Shown one piece after another: positions 13,890 to 25,125 of a stretch of DNA of 64,000 nt. The position numbers were made by a program, and so were the translations under genes. This stretch comes from Octopus sinensis (Eukaryota), in assembly GCF_006345805.1 (NCBI RefSeq), contig NC_043006.1, positions 38,502,001-38,566,000 of the forward strand, in the 5' to 3' direction. The notes below the pieces were generated by a model. It ran no database searches. It was not told the origin of the DNA and saw only the letters and a list, made by a program, of their open reading frames with translations. Positions within the stretch are counted from its first letter, which is position 1, and each line of letters begins with the position of its first letter.

Positions 13890-14600
13890 AATAATATATA
13901 GTCTACTGACTAGTTTTTTCTTCTCACTAGACAACCGGTAGCAAAGAAATTTTCTAAATTCATTTTGCTACCCTGGAATTTATTAATATATATATATATA
14001 TATATATATACATAGATATATATGTACACCCACACACTCGTGATCTAGTAGCTAGGTGTGTTGCACCCACAATCATGAGGTCATGGTTTCAACTCTCAGA
14101 CTGGCTTCACATTGTCTTCCTGAGCAAAACACTCCCCTTCATGTTGTCCCAGTCCTCTCAGCTTTAAATGGTTAACTCTGCGATGGACAAAATTTCTGAC
14201 CATAGGGAATGTTGATCTAATCACCTGGCCAATGCAAAGTGCACTGGGTCCAGCGGTGTTTCGCCTGTCTTTACACTCTGAGTTCAAATTCCTCTGAGGT
14301 CGACTCTGCCTTTCATCCTTTCGGAGTCTATGAATTAAGTACCAGTTGCATACTGGCATCGATCTAATCAACTGGCCCCACCTCCCCAAAAATTCTGGGC
14401 CTTGGGCCTAGAGTAGAAAAGAATATTGAGTATGACTTGCTACAAGAAGGGGAAGTTTTCTTTTTTGATCTTCCCACGAAAAAATATTGAGTAAACCTTC
14501 AGATTAATGCAAACCTATTTTTATCATAATTTGATTTAGAAACAAACATTAATATATATATAATATTAATTGCTGGTAAAGGCACCTTATGTGGAGGTGC

Positions 14601-14840
14601 GTGGTTTAGTGGTTAGGGTGTCAGCATCATGATTGTAAGATTGTGGTTTCGATTCCTGAACCAGGAGATGTATTGTGTTCTTGAGCAAAATACTTCATTT
14701 CACGTTGCTCCAGTCCACTCAGCTGGCAAAAATGAGTAATGCTGTGATGGACTGGCGTCCCATCCAGCTGGGAACACATACGCCATAGAAACCGAGAAAC
14801 CGGACCCATGAGCCTGGCTAGGCTTTAAAAGGGTGCATTT
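14601..14840 (+). mobile_element. tRNA-derived SINE (another family: TGTGTTCTTGAGCAAAA...GCTCCAGTCCACTCAGCTGG body)
   Basis: A/B boxes present; related copies at about 6460-6610 (-), 35250-35570 (+) and 46780-47150 (-). Confidence 0.7.
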
Positions 14841-15111
14841 ATTCATTTTATATTTTTAAAAGCACCATATATCATTACACAACAATAATACACTACCAAG
14901 TAGACGAAAAGCTTATAAATTAATACTATGTCCTAGCTGTGTTAGCAGTGCAATTCAATCACTTTTTAAAGTTATCTTTACAGGTTTTCTGTAGAAACTA
15001 GAGCTAGCATTGAAAGTTACGACATTTTGTATATGAGTATGTCTATGTAAACAATGTGATCAAAGATATATGTGTATACATTTACATATAGCTATATGCA
15101 AATACTTTGTA

Positions 15112-15250
15112 CAGTAATCCCTAACCATATCACAGTTCACCTATTGAACACTCAATACTTTGTGGTTCACCTATTGTGCACACAGTACATCGCAGATTTT
15201 TCTGGCTAATATATATAAATTTATATCATGGAATCTTCAGTTTATCATGG
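15112..15250. mobile_element. Partial copy (one end) of the same Tigger-like MITE family
   Basis: Reverse-complement similarity to 22500-22602; begins TA|CAGTAATCC. Confidence 0.55.
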
Positions 15251-16273
15251 GTTTCTGTGACTGATAGGTATTTATATTTTTTTATATTTTAATCATTTCT
15301 GTGAGAGGTTTTGGAACATAACATCCATGATAGTTGACAGATTACAGTATTCTTTATCATAAAGTAAATATCCTTGAATAACCCCAAATGCTTTGCTTGT
15401 CCACCTTCCATTTTTGATCTATATATATATGCAATCTGTATATTTTGTATTTTTTCATTTGTCTTGCTCACTTACGTTCTGGTGTTTGTTAAATTTTCTT
15501 GAGAACATTCCTTTCCTAGTGGTAAGACCATAGGGAGTCGACTTCTAACATATGGATGTCCACTTAGTGGTCATCCCTCTTATATGTATATATGCATATA
15601 CATGTAATTATACATATATACACATGTATACAAATGAACATTAAAATGATGATACATGTAAACGTTGATGCATAGATATATGCAGACACATACACACACA
15701 TACATATATATATAGTTATTAGTAAATATATGTATATATGTACATATATATATATATATATATAAACATTCACACATAGATATATATCTTCATCATCATC
15801 ATTGTTTTAATGCCTACTTTTCCATGCTTGCATGGGTTTGACCAAATTTGAGGCAGATTTGTTACAGCTGGATGCACTTCCTGTTACCAAGCCTCCTCTG
15901 TTTCCAAGCAAGGTAATATTTTGCCATGACCAGATTCATTTTCCTGGAGGATTGGAAAAGAAGGACAACCTGTCTTACATTCCGGTGACATTTGTTCACA
16001 GTTATCACATGAAGTCAAGACAGGCACACACATTCACACACACACGCACACCACACACACACACACACACCACACACACACACACACACACACGCAACAG
16101 GTTTCTTTCAGTTCCCATCTACCAAATCCACTCACAAGGTTTTGGTTGGCCTCAGGCTATATATAGTAGAAGACACTTGCCCAAGGTACCACACAGTGGG
16201 ACTGAACCCTGGACCATGTTGTTAGTAAGCAAGTTACTTACCACACACCCACTTCTGCAGCTATATATATATA

Positions 16274-16309
<36 letters not shown>

Positions 16310-17224
16310 CACAAACACACACAGATAGTTCCAGTGTGCTTTGGATCATGACCCTACATGTCTATATGTATGTGTGTATATGTGTGTATGAGTGTGTGTG
16401 TGTATATATGTTTGTATGTCCATATGTATACACACACACACACACATATATATATGCATACACATATATTATACATATTAAATATTTATATTGATGGACA
16501 CATTACACTGATCACCATCATAATCATCAGCAGCAGTATTAGTTGTCATTGTCATCATCATCATATAATGCTCAGCTTCCATAGTGGCTTAAGTTGTACA
16601 GTTTGACAGCTTCTAATGATTTTGAAGGTTTGCATCAAAACAATTGCTGTGGCTGGGAACCCTCCCCCCCACCCGACATCAACCATTTTACAGAGTTTAC
16701 CCGGGGGTACTTCCTTTTTGTTTTTTAATGGCACCAGCACTTGTAATCATTGCCTCATTATTTGCAAGGTTAAGGGCCTTAAGTGTGTTGTACAAGGAGA
16801 ATAGAGGAAGAAAGGGTGCATGATAATTGGAGGCAGAGAGAAGAAGGGGCCATAGATAAGAGGAGAAGAGGGGTGAGTATGACAGGGAACAGGGACAAAT
16901 GAAAGAGTTTAGTGACAGGGTTGGGAAAATGGGGAGGAATAGGGCTGATAAAAAAGTGTTTGGGTTGATGTGTAAGGGATGGCTAGGGTTATCCAGCATC
17001 ATATGGAGGGAGTATGAATAGAAGGTGTAAGGGGGAGGGAATGAGCAGGGGACCAGTAGTGGAGAGTGAAAAGGAATCCTGAGAGAGTCATAAAAGGATT
17101 GAGAGATGTAGGAGGTCATGAGGGAAGGTCTGAGGAGGGAAAGATGAAAAAGGGTAGATAAGTTATGGGGGAGAAGGTAGTGAGAGAAAATGTAGAGGTG
17201 AGTAAGAAGCATGCATATGCATAT

Positions 17225-17255
<31 letters not shown>

Positions 17256-17535
17256 TATAGTTATATGGTTATGTATATATATATATTTATTACAAAAATA
17301 TATTTAGATATATGTATATAAATGTGTGTGTGTGTATGTATATATATATATATAAATATATATGTGTATAATTATATTATATAAGAATGTGTGTATGTGC
17401 ATGTGTGTGTATATATATATATATAGATATGTGAGTATGTATATATATTATAAATATATACATATATATACACATACACACACATGAATATCATGTATGT
17501 TATATATTATAATATAATTATAAATATATTGTGTG

Positions 17536-17585
<50 letters not shown>

Positions 17586-17665
17586 AATATATATATATGC
17601 ACACAAATGTAGCTACATACAAATACATCCACCCATAAATATACATATACATGCATACACATACA

Positions 17666-17742
<77 letters not shown>

Positions 17743-18289
17743 GAATACATACACACACACACACACATACACACGCACACATATATATATGTACACATAA
17801 AATCTAATGTTTTTATATTAATATTTGACATTGCTCTCTCAGGCATAATCTTGTAACCTAGGAAACAAGATAATGGGGGTACAAGGGCCAAGTGGTATTA
17901 AAGATGTGATCAATAAGATAAAAAAAACGACAACGCAACAAAAGCAACAACAAGAACAGCAGCAGCAACAACAATAGCAGCGGTATTATAATCATAAGTG
18001 GCGGCGGCAGTATTTGAAAGAACACCTCACAACAATAAGATCTCACTTAAATAATTGACCCGGGAAAATGTTTGCTACCATAGGGTGCGATGGTTAGTGG
18101 GTGAAAGATTGTACTTTTTAATTATTTATTTATTTATTTTGTTTGTTATATTTTTAATTCTATTTCCATTCAGTGTGAAGAGATAGCACCAAGACATAAA
18201 GAATATTTAGATAACGAACATCAACAAGGACTTTTGTTGATAACAATGAACAAACCAACAAACAAACAAACGAAAATTATCATGCCGAT

Positions 18290-18644
18290 GCTGCTGCTGA
18301 TGATGAGGATGATGATGATGATTATAATAATATTGATAATATCAATAACAGTAATAACACTGCTGCTGCTATTACTACTACTACTAAGTAACGTGAACAA
18401 CAAAATAATAATAATAATAATAATAATAATATTAATAATAATAATAGTAATAATAATAATAATAATGCTGATGATTATGGTGATATAGTAATAGCGTTGA
18501 TGATAGTAATAATGATAATAATAATGATTCTTTCTTTATTGGCCACAAGGACAGCAATAACAATAATAATATTAATAAGGATGACGATGTTGAAGATGAT
18601 GATAATAATAATAATAATAAAGAATGAGAATAATGATAATAATG

Positions 18645-18687
<43 letters not shown>

Positions 18688-18705
18688 TAATAATAATGAT
18701 GATGA

Positions 18706-18736
<31 letters not shown>

Positions 18737-18780
18737 AATAATGATGATGATGATGATGATAATAACAACAACACTAACAA
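18290..18780. repeat. (AAT/GAT)n trinucleotide low-complexity tract
   Basis: Direct reading. Similar tracts at about 34400-34620, 44250-44335, 56510-56750 and 62320-62630. Confidence 0.9.
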
Positions 18781-19399
18781 GAATTATAATACTGTAAAGA
18801 AGGGGTAGGGGAATGGGTTTTTTACATTTCAATATGGCATGTATTATAATTAAGATATACCCCACTTTCCATAACCTTCCTTCATCAAAAGGGATGATTA
18901 AATCAACATCAACAACAATAACGATATTAAGAACATCATCATCATCATCATTGGATAGAGCAACAACAGCAGCAGCAACAGCAACAGCATGACCAATAAG
19001 CCCAAGACAAATGAAAGCTAATCATGCATGTTATCTGACTATCCTCTTATGGCTATAGTTCAGATGATTGCAGTGTGCTTTTCAATGGAACCTTTGACAG
19101 AGAATAAGGGTCCTTTTGTTCTTCCATACTATTATAGGGAAACAATGGGAATGAACTCCAGAAAATATGGGAGGTGGTTGGAGACAAATATCTAGGAGTG
19201 TGTGTGTGTGTGTGTGGTGTGGTGGTGGTGGGGTAAAGAGGGTACTGGAGTATGGAGCAGTTTAGAAGGTGGGGTTGAGTAAACTTTGAGATGCATGGGT
19301 GTGTATATATTGCCTTTGCTGTGTTTACAGGAAGCAGTAATAAGCTTTATACAATGGACAACGTCCTCTGTAGTGTGACTATTTGCAACAGAAATATGA

Positions 19400-19612
19400 A
19401 TACATACATATACATACATACATAATATACATATATGAATATATATATGTATGTATTCTTCTACATATGTGTGTCTGTGTGCATGTGTGTGTGTCTGTGT
19501 GTATGTAAAGTAATATGAATACATGCGTGTGAATATTGATATGTATGCATATGTGAATTTATGTGCAGATGCATACATATCATATATGGTTGTGTCTGTG
19601 TGTATGTATATA

Positions 19613-19647
<35 letters not shown>

Positions 19648-19668
19648 CTATATATACATACATATATA

Positions 19669-19733
<65 letters not shown>

Positions 19734-19941
19734 TATACACACACAAATATATACACATATATATATATATACATATATTACATACATATATATACATACA
19801 AATATATATACACATATATATACATACAAATATATATACACATATATATACATGTCTTGCAAACATACATATATATACATATATATATACATACATATAT
19901 AAATACATACATATATATATATATATGTATAATTATATATA

Positions 19942-19977
<36 letters not shown>

Positions 19978-20177
19978 TGTATGTATGTATGTATGTATGT
20001 GTGTAAGTATGCAAGTATATGTGTATGTATATTTATGCTTTCTTGCATGACCACATGTATGCACATACATATATATATATATATGCATGTGTATATGTGT
20101 ACATATATATATATATATATGCATTTCTCTCTAAATATATATCTATAACTTTCTCTCTCTCTCCCTCCATATGTATA

Positions 20178-20217
<40 letters not shown>

Positions 20218-20260
20218 ACCACACACACATATCTATATGTATATATGTATGTATGTATAT
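19400..20260. repeat. Compound (TA)n/(CA)n/(TATG)n microsatellite field
   Basis: Direct reading. Similar fields at about 2480-2900, 7640-8200, 17210-17800, 22605-23100, 53450-53800 and 59130-59410. Confidence 0.9.
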
Positions 20261-20639
20261 AAAACTGAAAAGCAGAAAGAGAGAAACAGGGCAGTGTAAG
20301 ATATATATATGTGTGTGTTTGTGTGTGTATGTGAGAGAGAGGAAGAGAGAGAGGGAAAAATGCAACTTTTCAGGTGTGGTAAAAGAAAGTAATTAGGACT
20401 TGGATCAATTTACCATTCTTTTAATGTTGTCATCCCACTCTACAGAATATTCTTCGTTGGCTGGCGGCACTTCTGTGAAATTGGCTATAAGAGGTGGGTG
20501 CAGGGCTGAGAGGAATCAATGATGTTGTGAAGGTGGTGGTGGTAATGGTGGCGTATATCCGGGAGGGTTTATGGCTTGAGTTTCAAGTAATGTTTAATTT
20601 GATCCATTGTACATATCAAATCCATTGCACCCACAATGG

Positions 20640-21235
20640 TTTTATGATGAGGATGATGATGATGATGATGATGACAATCACCATCGCCAGCGCCACCACA
20701 ATCATCACCACCACTGCTACAATCATTATATGACTACCACCAACACCACCACAATGAGGGCTGTTGTCACTGCCAGAACCATCACCACCTCCATGAGGGC
20801 CACCACAACCACCACCATCACTATCACAACCGCCATGATGAGGGCTGCTACCACCATACCAACACCACTGCCACCAACATCATGAAGACTAACAGCCACT
20901 ACCATCACCACTACAACCACCATGATGAGGGCCGCTACCACCACACCACCACCACCACCACCACCACCACACCACCACCACCACCATCATGAGTGCTACA
21001 ACCACCACTTGTCCACCATCTGACCACCACCAGCACCACCACCTCCATAAGAATCACTACACCCACCTCCATCACCATCATCACCATCACTATACCCACC
21101 CACAGCGCCATCATCACAACAAACACCATCACAACCACCGCCACCACCACCACCACCACCACCACCACCACCACCACCACCACCACAACTACCTCCCCCC
21201 CAACTTCCACTAACATTATAGCTGCCTTCATCACC
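20640..21235. repeat. (CAC/CAT)n low-complexity tract
   Basis: Direct reading; it produces spurious poly-His/Thr ORFs. Confidence 0.9.
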
Positions 21236-21710
21236 ACAAATTTACATATTTTTACATTCTAAGTGTCAGTTCTGCAGAGGTTATCATTGCTTGATATCCT
21301 TCTGGTATTGATTAAAATCAATAACATGCCAGTATTGAGTCTAGGGTAGGGATTGGGGTGTTAACTGGCTTTAACCTTTCCCTTAAAATTTGTAGCATTG
21401 TGCCAGAGTTATAAAAAAAAAAAAAGGTAAGAAAATCATTATAGGCATAGGCATGGCTGTGTGGTTATGAAGCCTGCTTTGTAACTAAATGGTTTCAGGT
21501 TCAGTCCCACTGTGTGGTAACTAGAGCAAATGTCTTCTACTATAACCTTGGACCAACCATAGAAACCAAGCCAAAACCAGACTGGTGCCAGGCACAGCTC
21601 TTCGTCTTTCCATTTCCAGTCAAACTGTCCAACCCATGCCAGCATGGAAAACGGATGCTGGATGAAGATGATGATGATGTTACATATATACATATGCACA
21701 CTCATACATA

Positions 21711-22602
21711 CAGTAATTCCTTGACTATTACAGGTGTTACATTCCAAAACACTCTGTGATAGGTGAAAATCCGCATAGTAAAAACAGTATTGTATATTTT
21801 TTAATTATTTTCATAATTTGTATATATTTATATTATTATAAATGCAAAACAACACCACACACTCACCTCCCAAGTTTCGTTTTCCATACAGTATGTGCAA
21901 TTCTTTGTTTATTCATCTAGGGTACACTACGTATTTTCTTTTAATATATTTTAATTAATGTGTCATTCAGTGCAGTACTGTGCTCTATTTTTATTTATCA
22001 ATTTATTAAGCTTTAGGCGGGAAAATGCTAACTTTACCACAGAAATAATTAAGATCTGAAAAACATATAAATAGCTTTCAATGCCAAATTTTGGCATTGA
22101 AAGCTATAGCAATGCCATAACGGGTCGACACTGCATAGTGTCAAAGATCCCAGCAATGCCAAAGCGCTTCAGGACCAGTTACTGCAACAGCCTGGGTTTC
22201 AGGGGCCCACGGCTTTTTAATATTCTCTCAAAAAACCTGAGGAACCTGTACAAAGTAGATGTAGGCGTTTTGAAATCAAAGCTGGACCTCTTCCTGTCGA
22301 GAGTCCCAGATGAACCTACCTCACAGCAAGAGGTGCAAATGAGCGTAGCCACATCAAACCCCATTCTTCACCAAGTGCCACATATTGGAGGAGGCTCTTG
22401 GTAATAACAGTGTAGCAAAATGGCATTGCTTCAGCATGGCTACAGCTCTGAGCTGAAACTACAGAGAAAAAAAAAACTATTGTCTGCAGAAACGTGCAAT
22501 ATATTGAGGAGTCCACAATATAAATTTACATATATTAGCCAGAAAAGTCCACGATGTACTGAGGGTGTGATAGGTGAACCACAATACGTTGAGTGATTAT
22601 GG
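21711..22602. mobile_element. pogo/Tigger-like non-autonomous DNA transposon (MITE), interrupted by the LINE fragment
   Basis: TA|CAGTAATTCC left end and a degenerate ...GATTATGG|TA right end. The right-end region is repeated in inverted orientation at 15112-15250 (TA|CAGTAATCC...GGTTCACCTAT...TTTTCTGGCTAATATAT). Confidence 0.6.
22089..22476 (+). mobile_element. 3' end of a CR1/L2-group LINE (RT C-terminal tail, 3' UTR, short poly-A), inserted in a Tigger-like MITE
   Basis: ORF PNFGIESY...NSLGFRGPRLFNILSKNLRNL...KSKLDLFLSRVPDEP...SNPILHQ matches the NSF...GPRLFN.LP...K.KLD.FL..IPD.P pattern typical of this LINE group. A-tail at about 22467-22476. Confidence 0.75.
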
Positions 22603-23307
22603 TACATACATACACACACATACATACACATATGCACATGCACACATACATGCACATATACATACATACACACATACATACACACATACATACACACACA
22701 TACATACATACATACATAGACACACATACACGCATACATACATACACATACATACATACACACACATACATACATACATACATAGACACACATACACGCA
22801 TACATACATACACATACATACATACACACACATACATACATACATACATAGACACACATACACGCATACATACATACACACATACATACATATACACACA
22901 TACATACATACACCCATACATACATACACACACATACACACATACATACATACACACATACATACATACACACACATACACGCATACATACATACACACA
23001 TACATACATACATACACACATACATACACACATACATACATACACACACCCATACATACACACACACATACATACACACATTCATACATACACTCTATCA
23101 CAACAAGTCATGACTACAAACTAATAAAAGTAACTGCTTGAAATAATAGGGTTGTTTTGACCTCTTTGCTCCTCAAATGTTCTCAATACTTGAATTATTT
23201 CTCTATAAATTTACATATTCTTTTTCAAAATATGACTTATTCATCATGTTGTTTGTTGGACTCGTCGTCGACAAGTATTATCTCACCTGTTTATACTTGT
23301 CTAAAAT

Positions 23308-23388
23308 TTTACCTGAAGATGGTGAACTTATGCTACGATGTAATTTATGAAAGCATCAATAAAACTCTACTGAAACAGGTGTAGTAAA
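23308..23388 (+). ncRNA. Type I hammerhead-like motif, third family, in a Penelope-LTR-like segment
   Basis: UUUAC-CUGAAGA-U-GGUG[~43 nt]UACU-GAAA-C AGGU G-UA-GUAAA: intact core and GUA triplet, weak stem II. Confidence 0.45.
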
Positions 23389-23533
23389 TCTTAAACCCCA
23401 TTTGTGTCCTTCTTTTCATACACACACACACACATACAACAGGCTTATTTCAGTCTCCACCTACCACATCTGCTCTCAAGGGTTTGGTCAGTCCAGAGCT
23501 ACAGAAGACACTTGCGCAAGGTATCATGCAATG

Positions 23534-23771
23534 AGATCAAGGCGGCGAGCTGGCAGAAGCATTAGCATGCCAGGCAAAATGCGTAGCCGCATTTTGTCTG
23601 CCATTATGTTCTGAGTTCAAATTCCGCCAAGGTTGACTTTGCCTTTCATCCTTTTGGGGTTGATAAATTAAGTACCAGTTACACACTGGGGATCAATGTA
23701 ATCGACTTACTCAGTTTGTCTGTCCTTGTTTATCCCCTCTGTGTTTAGCCCCTTGTGGGTAGTAAAGAAAT
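23534..23771 (+). mobile_element. Full-length tRNA-derived SINE (GGCGGCGAGCTGGCAGAA head, GCCTTTCATCC...GATAAATTAAGTACC body) nested in another SINE
   Basis: Perfect 15-bp TSD AGGTATCATGCAATG at 23519-23533 and 23772-23786. Many decayed copies of this family occur elsewhere (e.g. about 8350-8700, 10260-10460, 14250-14420, 30250-30460, 39900-40140, 41810-42030, 45540-45720, 50000-50330). Confidence 0.85.
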
Positions 23772-24248
23772 AGGTATCATGCAATGGGACTGAACCCAAG
23801 ACCACATGGTTGGGAAGGAAGATCCTTAACCACTCAACTAAACCTGCAATACATTATATTGTAATAATGGCCAGCAATTCTGGCGACGGGGGTGATTTAA
23901 CACCATCAACATTAGGTACTATATTTCATCAACTCTGAAAGGATAAAAGGCAAAGTTGAACTCAGAACATAAGAAACTGGGACATTTTTTTTCTGATGCA
24001 CTAATGACTCTTATCCAAAATTCTTACACACCCATAGAGCAGAAATTTGAGGAGCAGGGTATATTTGATTAAATTAACTTGCAATACAGAATTGTGATAT
24101 ATTTTTACATCTCTAAATGGACGAAAGGCAGAGCTAAAATAATCCTTCTTCGTCAATTATAATTCTATTCACATTTGGGATGCATTACTGGAATACAAAT
24201 TGACACAAGCAGTTTAAGCCTATTGTGTTCAATTAATAAATTGTAATG

Positions 24249-24288
<40 letters not shown>

Positions 24289-24821
24289 TCTTTGTCCCTT
24301 TCTCTCTCTCTTTGTCCCTCTCTTTTTGTATGTGTATAGTTCTTCATGTGCATGCATGTGTTCTGCCTCCAGTACCCAAAATGTACCGTTGCCAAAACAG
24401 GCTGATCATCCATTCAGCAATGCCAAATTGTCAGTATCCAAGCAATCATACCCAAATGTCTTCCTTTGAGATGTAAAGATTATTACTTTCAAATTTTGGC
24501 ACAAGGCCAGCAATTTCAAGGAGAGGTGCTAAGTCATTTACATCCATATTCCTGGTATTCAACTGGTACTTATTTTATCGACCTCAAAAGGATCAAAGGC
24601 AAAGTCAACCCTAGCGTAATTTGAAAGTAGAATGTAAAGACAGACATCATCATCATCTTCATACAGCATCCGTTTTCCATGTTGGCATGGGTTGGACAGT
24701 TTGACTGGAACTGGAAAGCCGAAGAGCTGTGCCTGGCGCCTGTCTGGTTTTGGCTTGGTTTTTATGGTTGGATGCCTTTCCTAACACCAACCACACCTCC
24801 TCCTCCTCCACCTCATCGTAG

Positions 24822-25125
24822 TCGAAAATTGCCGAAAATCTTCAAATTCCTCTTGCTACTGTTAATAGAATTATAGTGCAATTCAAAAGCCAAGGAAAAA
24901 AATCAACAGATTCTCGTCCCGGCCAACCTGGGCCCTCAGAAAGGAAGCTTCACTGTTTGAAGAGAATTGTGGAAAACGAACCCCATTCGAAGACTTCTGA
25001 CATTGCAAAACAGCTAGAAGTGAGTCCAAGAACATATGTTACATAACTACATAAGCTTGGGTATTATGGATGAGCAGCTCAGCTAGAAGAAAACCTCTCC
25101 TTCAACCAATTAATATCAAATAAAA
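24822..25125 (+). pseudogene. Tc1/mariner transposase N-terminal HTH relic
   Basis: Translates [82 protein letters not shown], then after a frameshift ARRKPLL. This is the Tc1 paired-HTH and RKKPLL pattern. Confidence 0.8.

Noticed and set aside
18234-18865. Poly-Asn/Ile/Leu ORFs, and the poly-His/Thr ORFs at 20600-21260 and 56490-56830
   Set aside because: Trinucleotide low-complexity tracts without supporting splice sites or conserved motifs.
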